From positions 32,001-96,000 of IMG/VR virus record IMGVR_UViG_3300017917_004998: DNA of 64,000 bases, one strand, 5' to 3'. Below the pieces are notes generated by a model. The model was not told the origin of the DNA, ran no database searches, and saw only the letters and a list, made by a program, of their open reading frames with translations. Each line of letters starts with the position of its first letter. Position 1 is the first letter of the stretch. The position numbers were made by a program, and so were the translations under genes. This document shows positions 16,659 to 25,793 of the stretch, piece by piece. The DNA comes from a virus.

Positions 16659-18269
16659 TTAGAATAAGTCTTTTGTTTGATCGCTCTTGTAAGTCAAGAC
16701 GTTGATAGGTTTGAAAGATAGACCAAACTTTGTCGATGTAGTTTCAGAGAAGCTTGGGCAAGATCCAGGCTTACTTCCTTTTCCTGAAGAAGAATAAGAA
16801 GTAGTAATGGTTGGGATAGGTATTTTTATAGTTGATGTTGAATATCTTCCTGGGATCTGAATCTTTACAGGGTATTTCAAAGCAACAATTTTATCAGAAG
16901 TCAAAGGTTCCTCTGAATCCTTCACTCGATTAACCTTTTCAAATTCAATTTCTATATTATTGTATCTGTATTTGTTGTAATCACCAACGTTAGCTTCTGG
17001 CTCTACCTTTTTAGTTTTAGCACCGTCTGCATTTTCTGCTGTTGGCATTCCCTGGTCGTCAATTGAAATCATGGTAACAGTTGATCTATCCGTTCCGTCG
17101 ATCCATTTAGAAGAATCTCCAGACTTAACGTAGTAACCAAATTTCTTGCCCTCTGGAGGATTTGGCCCAGATGTACCATCTCCGTTTTCTCCCTTTGAAT
17201 AAATAGACGTAACCTTGGGTAATTGCTCAATTAGATCGTCGTCAAGACCAGCAGCTTTTGCTACTCCTTCTATAAGCTTAGACATTGCTATTGCACGAGA
17301 ATAAGCAAGCTCTCCCCAGCTTAGTTTTTCTGCATCTTCAGTATTTCTATAACGATCTGCAGATGTTAAAATACTAATCTTTTTAATTGTTGTAATTTCA
17401 CCGGCTCTGTATCTTTCGAAGATCGAACCTAATTTACCTACCAATTCATCGAAGGAATCCTGCATAAAATCAGGCTGTCCGTTTGCCCCCGTTTTGTTTG
17501 GTTTGAAAACATCAGAAGATTTAGCATCGTCTAGCAAAAATGTTTTTTCTGGTTTTACCTCAACAGGAGGTGCAACCTCGGTTATTTCTTCTCTGTTTAA
17601 GAAAACCATAATAGCAGGATTTGTTAAAGCAGAAGCATCTTCTCTTTTCTTTGCGTTAAAATGCTTATCTATTACATTTTCTAGACCCTCTTTAGTTTCG
17701 TAACCTCTCTTGATAGCAAGCTTAAGGAAATCTTCGTATACCTTTGCCTTATCTGCATCGGATAGCATTCCCCATAGTAAAGGGGTTCTAAATTTGTAAG
17801 GCAAGCTTTCTTTGTAACCTTTCAGACCCAAATCTGCTAATTTCTTAGCTTCAATTTCTGTCATGGATTCAATCTTATCTGCTAATTGCTTTACCTTGTC
17901 TTTTTTATCAGCAGGTTTTGTTTTAGCATCTATATCCAAACCTATTGCCTTCATGGCATCTATCTCATTTGGCGTTACAGAACTAGTCTGTCCAAGTAAA
18001 ACATACAATGCTCCTTTTCCGTATTCCTTATTTCTTAAGGCTTCGATAGCCTTTGCTCCGTATATCTTGGTCGCGCTATCCTCGGGTGCATCGGATTTTT
18101 TCAATGCATTTTGTGCTAAGTCTAGATCTAGTGAGACAATTTTATTTACCAGTTCAGTAGCACCATCAATTTTCAATTCAGTTCCAGAACCTTTGGATGC
18201 TTCCAGTAACGAACCAGAATTCTTAAGAAAGTCTTCAAAGCTTTCAAATACAAATCTATGTTTTTCCAT
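16659..18269 (-). CDS. large putative internal head protein
   Basis: 536 aa; GATATATA on minus strand at 18291-18298; MEKHRFVFESFEDF...LLE. Confidence 0.7.
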   Translation of the reverse strand: MEKHRFVFESFEDFLKNSGSLLEASKGSGTELKIDGATELVNKIVSLDLDLAQNALKKSDAPEDSATKIYGAKAIEALRNKEYGKGALYVLLGQTSSVTPNEIDAMKAIGLDIDAKTKPADKKDKVKQLADKIESMTEIEAKKLADLGLKGYKESLPYKFRTPLLWGMLSDADKAKVYEDFLKLAIKRGYETKEGLENVIDKHFNAKKREDASALTNPAIMVFLNREEITEVAPPVEVKPEKTFLLDDAKSSDVFKPNKTGANGQPDFMQDSFDELVGKLGSIFERYRAGEITTIKKISILTSADRYRNTEDAEKLSWGELAYSRAIAMSKLIEGVAKAAGLDDDLIEQLPKVTSIYSKGENGDGTSGPNPPEGKKFGYYVKSGDSSKWIDGTDRSTVTMISIDDQGMPTAENADGAKTKKVEPEANVGDYNKYRYNNIEIEFEKVNRVKDSEEPLTSDKIVALKYPVKIQIPGRYSTSTIKIPIPTITTSYSSSGKGSKPGSCPSFSETTSTKFGLSFKPINVLTYKSDQTKDLF

Positions 18270-18371
18270 TAGGGAGTTTTAATTTCCCTCTATATATCCA
18301 AAAAATATAATGTTCTTATCCATTTTCATTTTCTATTTCTGGACCTCAAAAGGCAATAGCCTTTATAAATT

Positions 18372-18459
18372 TGGTACCGACGGCCGGACTCGAACCGGCA
18401 CGGAAATTACTTTCCAAGGGATTTTAAGTCCCTCGTGGCTACCTTTACACCACGTCGGC
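18372..18459 (-). tRNA. tRNA-Leu(UAA) with encoded CCA
   Basis: GCCGACG/CGTCGGT acceptor, AGGGA-CTTAAAA-TCCCT anticodon arm, long variable arm, GCCGG-TTCGAGT-CCGGC T arm, ACCA. Confidence 0.95.
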
Positions 18460-18527
18460 ATTTTACACAATCTTATAGATAAAAGAGTGTGTAAAGTTCT
18501 AGATATATAATTAAAATTAATCATTAA

Positions 18528-19658
18528 ATGAAGATCATCACAGATTTTAAAATTCATGCTCTTACAGAAAGCATTAACGAGGCTTTAGATAAAAGCGAAA
18601 TTAAAAGACTCAAATCGCAACTGAAAGTTTATTGCGAAGAGGTTGGATCTGATTTTGATGAAGTCTGCAAGCTACTTAAGTTGCAGTCTGGGGGTCTTTC
18701 AAAATTAAACAAAGATCAAATTGAATGGCTGAATAAAATAGTTGGAAGCAACGGCTCATGGGATCTTAATGACGAAACTGGAAAAATCGACATAGAAATG
18801 CAAAATACTATGTATTTGAAGAAAGAAAGTCTTCCTTTAGGCTCTATTCCTTTTGGTATTCAATTTGGTAGATTTTCCGGAAATCTCTATGCATCAAATG
18901 CTCAATTGGAAAGTCTCGAGGGGTTCCCAGAAGAAGTAACTGGAAGCTTTGTTGTTACAAACAACAAATTCACTTCTTTAAAAGGATGTCCTAAGGTAAT
19001 TAAAGGTGAATTTAACTGCGGTTACAATAATTTGACAACTCTTAAAGGAGGACCAGTCGAAGTTAGATCATCATATGTTTGCAACAATAACATCTATCTA
19101 ACAAATCTGGAGGGAGCTCCAGAATATGTTGGTGGTGATTTCAATGCTAATTCTTGCAACCTGAAAACTTTAGAAGGATCACCGAAAGATGTTGAAGGCA
19201 ATTTTACCTGTGAAGACAACGATCTTAAGACGATGGAGGGAGCTCCAAAAAGAATCGGAGGTTATACTATAGATTGCACTAAAAACCAGCTTTATACTTT
19301 AGAGGGACTTCCATTAGACCATAGGGGTCTGGTAAAATGTGCAAAGAATTTATTCCCAGAGGAAGTACTTAAGACTGTTTATATGAACGCAAAGAAGTAT
19401 GAAAGCTGGGTAGGAGCTTATCTCGTTCTATTAACAACTAAGAAGTTCCAAAGAATGAGCAAGGAGCAAAGAGATCCTATTAGAAAAGCACTTTCTGGTG
19501 ATGTACTAAAAACTAAAAGCTTACAGTTGTCTAAGATTTGGAAGGATCCAATTATGGAAGACCCTGCAGTAAAGAGGATGATTAAAAGAGCAGACCTTGG
19601 GCAGGAAACAGTCCAAGACGTAGAACTTGGATCTGATCTAAGTGATATTGGATTTTAA
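18528..19658 (+). CDS. LRR-like repeat protein
   Basis: ~22-aa repeats NxLxSLxGxPxxVxGxFxC; N-terminal ...INE; ends DLSDIGF. Confidence 0.8.
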   Translation: MKIITDFKIHALTESINEALDKSEIKRLKSQLKVYCEEVGSDFDEVCKLLKLQSGGLSKLNKDQIEWLNKIVGSNGSWDLNDETGKIDIEMQNTMYLKKESLPLGSIPFGIQFGRFSGNLYASNAQLESLEGFPEEVTGSFVVTNNKFTSLKGCPKVIKGEFNCGYNNLTTLKGGPVEVRSSYVCNNNIYLTNLEGAPEYVGGDFNANSCNLKTLEGSPKDVEGNFTCEDNDLKTMEGAPKRIGGYTIDCTKNQLYTLEGLPLDHRGLVKCAKNLFPEEVLKTVYMNAKKYESWVGAYLVLLTTKKFQRMSKEQRDPIRKALSGDVLKTKSLQLSKIWKDPIMEDPAVKRMIKRADLGQETVQDVELGSDLSDIGF

Positions 19659-19664
19659 TTACAA

Positions 19665-19691
19665 GGGGCCACGCAAGGCTCCTTTTTTTTT
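19665..19691 (+). terminator. intrinsic terminator
   Basis: GGGGCC-ACGCAA-GGCTCC followed by T9. Confidence 0.75.
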
Positions 19692-19728
19692 GTTCGTTTA
19701 ATTTTGTTATGTTTGTAGGAATTTAATT

Positions 19729-19959
19729 ATGGCTAAAAAAGAAGTACGCACAAGTGTCTGCAGTTTTTGCATAGAATCATTTCCAACAAAGGAATTATAC
19801 ACTGTAGTAATGCCCATGCATAGATTACAAGACGGAGGTCATTCTGGTGAATATAGAACACCGGCATGCGAAAAATGTCTTACCAAAAGCAAACATAGGT
19901 ACTTATCAGTTTTAGAAAATCCTAAGCCGGACAAGAAGAAGAAAGAAAAGGATATATAA
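19729..19959 (+). CDS. small zinc-finger protein
   Basis: CSFC...CEKC; promoter TATGTTTG at 19708-19715. Confidence 0.65.
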   Translation: MAKKEVRTSVCSFCIESFPTKELYTVVMPMHRLQDGGHSGEYRTPACEKCLTKSKHRYLSVLENPKPDKKKKEKDI

Positions 19960-19975
19960 AAAAAATTAAAATTCT

Positions 19976-20311
19976 GTGAAGCACCTGTCAATTTTTGAAA
20001 GTTATGAGCCATTAGATAAAAAAGATCTGGACCTTTTGAAGAGGATACTCGACAACAGTGAAAGTTGGAGAAAGATACTAAAAGAGGTAAGTGAAAAACC
20101 AAATAGCGATAAATTTGATAGGTTAATTCAACATTTCAGGGTTCTTAAATTCATTCAAAACAAGCCAAAAGAAATGTCTTCCCTTATTGCACCTGTTCTA
20201 AAAGACAATCCAATGCTTATGAAATGGATATCTGCTAATGCTGACAATTTACCCGCAGATTTCCGGGAATCTGTTGGTTTATACAGCGACTTAAAAAATC
20301 TTGGATTTTAA
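19976..20311 (+). CDS. putative internal head protein
   Basis: GTG start; GATATATA at 19951-19958; KHLSIFESY; ends DLKNLGF. Confidence 0.7.
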   Translation: MKHLSIFESYEPLDKKDLDLLKRILDNSESWRKILKEVSEKPNSDKFDRLIQHFRVLKFIQNKPKEMSSLIAPVLKDNPMLMKWISANADNLPADFRESVGLYSDLKNLGF

Positions 20312-20312
20312 A

Positions 20313-21485
20313 ATGAGACATCTTAAAAAATTTGGTGAGCTATTCGAAGGCTATGAAGAATCCTCTGAAATTTTTTCTCCAGAATTCAGAAAAGAACTTC
20401 GTTCAGAATTACCTAATCTGAAAAAAGAAATTAAGTATTACCTAAACAGGGGACTAAATGGGTATTTAGATCTAGTAGAGGTAGACGACAAAACTCATCC
20501 TGCTTTATTTCTTGAAGCGTCAAAAACACCATTGATTTTTAATACGTTTTATGTTGATAACTCAGGAAACCTTAGGATTGTAAAAAATCCTAAGCTTACA
20601 GATGATGCACAGTTAACAAATCTGTTAACAAAAGATTTAAATTCTATAAATGACTTTTTATCGTCAATCGGCAAAAATCCATTACCCAATAGTTTTTTTA
20701 TAGATTCATTTAAAAAAGAGTATTACAACGGAATAAGAAATCAAAACGGTGCAGAGTACATCTCGAAAATAATTTCTTACATATTTGACGACTATAAAGA
20801 TTTTATTAAAAAAACTAAGTCTACTGGTGAGCAAATAACAAAAGAAGCAGTAACTAATCTTCCAGCTTTTAAAGAAATAGAAGGGATCGGTGGAAGTGAT
20901 CAAACATCGGAAAGAATCTGGAGTAATGGAAATTTAAAGATAGTCCACCCTATTTTGCTTAATACAAATTGGAGAGGCGAAAGTTTACAGGATTATATTA
21001 CAGTTTATTCAGGAGGTCCAATCAGAATTACCAGCGATGGAAGACCAGCAATTATGACTGGAGCCCCTGGTGATATTATAGCAAACATCCAAGGATGGAA
21101 CGATAAACTAGATTACGTTTTAAAATATTTGCTTAGAAAGATTGCAAAAGAATATTTTAAGATCACAAGCACAAACGAATTAAAGAAATTGTCTTCTGGT
21201 ACAGTTGGAGATTTTTTTAATTCTATAATTAAAGATTATTCAAGCGATGAATTCTTTAAATGGCTTTCAAGTCAAACTGACAAGGTTCAGGATTTTGTTC
21301 TTAACAGCGGGATTGATCTTAAGGATTACATAGAAAAAGATCCGTCTAAGGCTGCTATCCAAATGAAGAAGGTTTACAGTAATCCTTCACTTAAAAAGTT
21401 ATTGAGTGGGCTCAATCCAGAAACTGCTAAAGTGTTCAACCAAAATCTAGGTCTAGTTGGAAATCTAGGAGATTTAGGTTTCTAA
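20313..21485 (+). CDS. putative internal head protein
   Basis: MRHLKKFGELFE; ends NLGDLGF. Confidence 0.7.
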   Translation: MRHLKKFGELFEGYEESSEIFSPEFRKELRSELPNLKKEIKYYLNRGLNGYLDLVEVDDKTHPALFLEASKTPLIFNTFYVDNSGNLRIVKNPKLTDDAQLTNLLTKDLNSINDFLSSIGKNPLPNSFFIDSFKKEYYNGIRNQNGAEYISKIISYIFDDYKDFIKKTKSTGEQITKEAVTNLPAFKEIEGIGGSDQTSERIWSNGNLKIVHPILLNTNWRGESLQDYITVYSGGPIRITSDGRPAIMTGAPGDIIANIQGWNDKLDYVLKYLLRKIAKEYFKITSTNELKKLSSGTVGDFFNSIIKDYSSDEFFKWLSSQTDKVQDFVLNSGIDLKDYIEKDPSKAAIQMKKVYSNPSLKKLLSGLNPETAKVFNQNLGLVGNLGDLGF

Positions 21486-21489
21486 AATA

Positions 21490-22443
21490 TTAAATGAAAT
21501 TTCCTTTTTGATCCATTGGTACGTGAATGTACCTACCGAATGGCGGTTTGTTGAATTCCTTTGTTGCATTACAGATAAACCAAAACACCTTTTGCTTGTA
21601 TTTGTTTATACCATATTGATCAACTCTTGGATATTCTGCAAAAGAGTCAGTAAGATAAATTACTGCAGATGGGTTAATCTTGTTCTTCTCTATGTAAGCA
21701 AACGGTGGTGCAAATCCACCGGCATTACCTCCTGTTGAAGCATATTTACTCAAATCTGGTTTTTTACCCTTTTTAACTACATCTATACCGTCTATATTAT
21801 CAGAGCAATATATGATGATGGTTTCGTCCATTTCATACTTTGTAGACAGAGACCAGACTTCTTCAAAGAAGACTTTGATTTGAGACTTAGAAATAGAACC
21901 AGACGTATCTACAGCTACAATTAACTTTTTAAGAGTATCCGATCCAACCTTTTTTCTGCCATATAGTACATCACCACGACCAATGTGTCTTCTGCTAGGA
22001 ATAACTTCTTCGTATTGGTTGAAAGCTTGGTCAAAAAATTTCTTTAGTTCTTTCTTCCAATTAACCTTTGGTTTATTGGTGGTCATTTCCATCAGGATTC
22101 TCTTCGCCTTGTCTGAAAGTTGTTTAGCCCCTGATGACATTGCTCTAGATAAAGCTTTGTTCCAGTAATCTGTTAATTCAGCTTTCGTTCCACCTTCACC
22201 TAAAGCTTTTTTACTTTTGTATGTTTTAAGAGAAGGACCTGCTTTTCCTGTAAGGGTTCTTTCGTAGCCAGGACCAATTACAGCATTTGGATCGAATTCT
22301 GGGGTTTCTACATCTTCAGGTGGAGTTTCAAGCTCAGTAGGAGAACTTTTTCCATCTTCTTTATTTTTTTTCCCAACACCATTTTTATTGTCAACTGAAG
22401 TTGGATCCAGTATAATAAATTGTCCTTTTTTAACCTGTGTCAT
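21490..22443 (-). CDS. VWA-domain protein (DUF2201 C-terminal type)
   Basis: VAVDTSGS MIDAS, GGNAGGF, IYLTD. Confidence 0.85.
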   Translation of the reverse strand: MTQVKKGQFIILDPTSVDNKNGVGKKNKEDGKSSPTELETPPEDVETPEFDPNAVIGPGYERTLTGKAGPSLKTYKSKKALGEGGTKAELTDYWNKALSRAMSSGAKQLSDKAKRILMEMTTNKPKVNWKKELKKFFDQAFNQYEEVIPSRRHIGRGDVLYGRKKVGSDTLKKLIVAVDTSGSISKSQIKVFFEEVWSLSTKYEMDETIIIYCSDNIDGIDVVKKGKKPDLSKYASTGGNAGGFAPPFAYIEKNKINPSAVIYLTDSFAEYPRVDQYGINKYKQKVFWFICNATKEFNKPPFGRYIHVPMDQKGNFI

Positions 22444-22445
22444 AA

Positions 22446-23366
22446 TTATTCGATAATAATATCTCCGTTGGGTAATACCCGTTTAATAATCCCTTCCTTT
22501 CCAGCGTCTGGTCCCTCGGTTATTCTTACCTTCTTACCTATTAAGCTAGATTCACCTTCAGAGTCTCCCTCGCCTTCTCCTTGCTTATCTCCAGGTCCAC
22601 CCTTTCCTTCACCAGGCTTGTCGCCAGGCTTGTCACCAGACTTTCCTTGCCCTTCTTCAGATCCACTCCCTAGCTCTTCCTCTTCATCTTCATCTTGGAA
22701 TCTTCTCTGCGCAACGTCTTCTTCGTAATCTGGCTGAGGTAGATTATCACTTGCGTCCTCGACTTCACCGAGATTGTTTTTATCCTTCATTTTTTCGAGC
22801 TGATCTTGCATACTCTGATCTTTCATGATATCGTCGTAGATATCTTCTGCTCTCATACCTGAATACTTTTCTTCGAACAAACCCATTCTGCTGCCATCAT
22901 CTTGAACCGGCCAATCAAATATTCGAGAAGAAACTTCGGCATTTAAAATAGGATTGATTGCGTAATCAGCAGCATAATTCCACAGTAGAGGATTTCTATT
23001 ACCTCTTCTCGACATGTGATCTCCTACGCAATGTAATACCTCGTGACAAAGTACGAATCTGATTGCAGCATCAGATTGTTTTAAAACAAAGTCAGGATGG
23101 TAAACAATATTGAATCCATTTGTACACATTGTCGGAGGATCGATTTTAGAACTCCCGTATATGTTTAGGTTGGATAAAAGCTGTGCAAAAAATCCTCTGT
23201 TAATAGTAATCCAAAGAATTGCTCTTTGAACTTTAATTCTTGCTTGGATTGACTTGTCCCTCATTGAATCCTCAAAAATAAAAGAATCCCTCTCAACTAA
23301 AAAATCTTTAAAGTTTTTAGCAGAGATTTTATTTAGTTGAGAGAAATCTATAAACTTCTTTTTCAA
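22446..23366 (-). CDS. putative metallopeptidase (DUF2201 N-terminal type) with C-terminal KOW motif
   Basis: TMCTNG...FVLCHEVLHC (HExxH), WNYAADYAIN; ends GKKVRITEGPDAGKEGIIKRV; TTG start. Confidence 0.8.
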   Translation of the reverse strand: MKKKFIDFSQLNKISAKNFKDFLVERDSFIFEDSMRDKSIQARIKVQRAILWITINRGFFAQLLSNLNIYGSSKIDPPTMCTNGFNIVYHPDFVLKQSDAAIRFVLCHEVLHCVGDHMSRRGNRNPLLWNYAADYAINPILNAEVSSRIFDWPVQDDGSRMGLFEEKYSGMRAEDIYDDIMKDQSMQDQLEKMKDKNNLGEVEDASDNLPQPDYEEDVAQRRFQDEDEEEELGSGSEEGQGKSGDKPGDKPGEGKGGPGDKQGEGEGDSEGESSLIGKKVRITEGPDAGKEGIIKRVLPNGDIIIE

Positions 23367-23377
23367 GGTCTGTGGTA

Positions 23378-24943
23378 TTAAATTAAACTTTTAGATCTAG
23401 CTCCTGATTGAATCATTTTAGCTGCTTCAATCTTTAACTTAGAATCATCGGTGTCTTTATTTCTTAAAACTTCTTCAGTTACTGCAAACTCAGGGAATTC
23501 GTCAGTAATTCTCTTGTAAATCCAGCTAAGTACTTCTAGCTCTTCGTACTTGTTGAAGTATTCCATAATGCTGAAAAGATCTTTAACTGAAACCTTACCA
23601 TCCTCAGATAGCTCTTCAGCTTTTCTTAACACCATCTCATATAGACCGTACATTACACTAGTGAAGTCACCAGACTTGGCAATGGTTTTAGCTTTCTTAG
23701 GATCTTTAACCATTTCTTCCAAATCTGAATCGGTAAACTTCTTAAGTACACCAAGGTAAGCAACCAATTTTCCAGTAGCATCCGGGCCAAGCTGATCTGC
23801 ATAAATGTTACTGATAACATCCAAAGGAAGCTGTCTCCAAGATTTTACGTCTCTGTCTTCCATCTCATCCTTAAGGATTGCTGCAGCGTCTGTCCAAGAA
23901 CGAGGTGTTGGGAATTTCAATGTTCCCTTCTCGTCATCCAAATAGTGGAATAACTCTTGGTTCTGAGAAACGAAGTTAACAAATTCTGGCTCGAATTTAT
24001 TGCTCTTCTTAGCCCACTCTACCCAATCTTCAACTTTAGGCTCAAGATTCACGATTGTAAAACGGTCTGCTAAAGCGAAATCGAATTCAGCAACATCCGC
24101 TTCTGAAGGTCTGTTACCTGCTGCTACTAAGATCCATTTATCAGGAAGTACGTACTCACCGAGTCTTCCCATTTGAACGAATTGCATTACAGAGTTCAAA
24201 ACTGTCTTGTTTGCTCTGTTCATTTCGTCCATGAATATAATTCCTCCCTTACCGTCGTTTCCATTACTTCTAGGCAACAGAGAAGGTGGATTGGATCTAG
24301 TTGCACCTTGACCTAAAAATCCCTTTTCTCCGGTTTCTTTAAATTTAGCAACATCTGGCTCTTGAATATCTACTACTTTTGGTATACCCAAGAAATCTTC
24401 CGGTGCCATAAACTGAAGATCCAAGTTGATCATAGGAACTCCTAATGAATCTGCTGCTTGCCCAACAATCTGTGTTTTTCCAATACCTGGTGCACCGAAA
24501 ACAAAAATTGGTTTTGCTCTACCACCTCTAACTTTACTTCTATAAAGTTTTTCAATCATCTCTTTCAATTCTTGAGCATCTACGTTTCTAACTGTTTGAT
24601 CCTCACCAGTATATGCCAAAGGAACTTTTGCTTCCTCTAAATCTGATTCGCTGATTGCTGCAGATTCGTATATCTCAACTGGATTTTCTTTTGAGAAAGG
24701 TGTACCTGAGTAAAGTGCATTAATTTGAGAAACAATGCTACCTGCAGAAGGATCGAAATAAGATCCGACAGGAGTTCCTTTTTTAGATCCAGAAGGAATC
24801 ATTTTTACTAAGCCGTCTTTGATACCCTGTACCAAATCTTTAGCCCATGATGCTAATTGTGAAAACTTGTCACTGATGTAACCCTCATTAGCGTTGTACT
24901 CATTAACTACAAAACTTTTGAAGTCGAAAACTTTTTTGCCCAT
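23378..24943 (-). CDS. MoxR/dynein-related AAA+ ATPase
   Basis: GAPGIGKT, IIFMDEMNR, LVAAGNR, ALADRF, PTPRSW. Confidence 0.88.
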   Translation of the reverse strand: MGKKVFDFKSFVVNEYNANEGYISDKFSQLASWAKDLVQGIKDGLVKMIPSGSKKGTPVGSYFDPSAGSIVSQINALYSGTPFSKENPVEIYESAAISESDLEEAKVPLAYTGEDQTVRNVDAQELKEMIEKLYRSKVRGGRAKPIFVFGAPGIGKTQIVGQAADSLGVPMINLDLQFMAPEDFLGIPKVVDIQEPDVAKFKETGEKGFLGQGATRSNPPSLLPRSNGNDGKGGIIFMDEMNRANKTVLNSVMQFVQMGRLGEYVLPDKWILVAAGNRPSEADVAEFDFALADRFTIVNLEPKVEDWVEWAKKSNKFEPEFVNFVSQNQELFHYLDDEKGTLKFPTPRSWTDAAAILKDEMEDRDVKSWRQLPLDVISNIYADQLGPDATGKLVAYLGVLKKFTDSDLEEMVKDPKKAKTIAKSGDFTSVMYGLYEMVLRKAEELSEDGKVSVKDLFSIMEYFNKYEELEVLSWIYKRITDEFPEFAVTEEVLRNKDTDDSKLKIEAAKMIQSGARSKSLI

Positions 24944-25070
24944 TTTTGGTTTTTTTATTTTTTTACTCCTTATATATCACACAGAAATATGAAGTTGTAA
25001 AGATTAACGATCAAATCTCTTTTCTTATCCAGCAATTGAAATATATAGCAGATAAAAATTAAGAAAAACC

Positions 25071-25793
25071 TTGCCACTACTAAAATATTCCGAGTTTGTT
25101 GATAAAGAAATCAACGAGAGTAACATAAACGAACAGGGTATGGCTCCAGTTTGGTGGAAATTTCAAAACTGGTTTAAAAACCTATGGAATAGGAAAAAAC
25201 CTAAAGGTACCATTGCCCCAGCACCTTCATATCTCACAGGTAAGCATTTGCTTTACATTCCACACCAGCAGGGTCCAGTTGGAGCAGCTGCTATTGTAAA
25301 TGCTGCTATGGGAAAAGGTACACTCGAACAAAGGACAAGAAGAAATCTACTCGGAAACGTTCCAACTAATTCAAAGTACTACAAAATCATCAAAGATCCG
25401 CTAAAATCTGATAAAGATGCTGCAATTGCTTTTTTAACCTACTATTCAGACAACTGGAATAAACTAGAGAAACAAGCAATGACATTGATAAACAGCCCTA
25501 AATATTCCAAAGCTAAAAAAGCTATTGATGCTATAAAGGATCCAGAACTTCCTAAAGAATTCTTAACAACGGTTGCTTTTAAAGAATCTAGTCTTAATCC
25601 AAACCCTCCAACGAATAAAACCTACAAAGGATTATTCCAGATTGGACCTAGCGCATGGGCTGAATTGAAAAGGGTCTTACCTTCCAAATATAAGGGATCT
25701 GCAATACCTTTAGACCCAAAAAAGAATGCTCAAGCTGGACACGATTATCTTAAGCTAACTTATGACAGATTCCAGAAAAAAATAGGATCATGA
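25071..25793 (+). CDS. lytic transglycosylase (SLT-like) with capsid-targeting-like N-terminus
   Basis: AFKESSLNP, KGLFQI, NAQAG..YL; TTG start; LLKYSEFVDKEINE. Confidence 0.7.
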   Translation: MPLLKYSEFVDKEINESNINEQGMAPVWWKFQNWFKNLWNRKKPKGTIAPAPSYLTGKHLLYIPHQQGPVGAAAIVNAAMGKGTLEQRTRRNLLGNVPTNSKYYKIIKDPLKSDKDAAIAFLTYYSDNWNKLEKQAMTLINSPKYSKAKKAIDAIKDPELPKEFLTTVAFKESSLNPNPPTNKTYKGLFQIGPSAWAELKRVLPSKYKGSAIPLDPKKNAQAGHDYLKLTYDRFQKKIGS

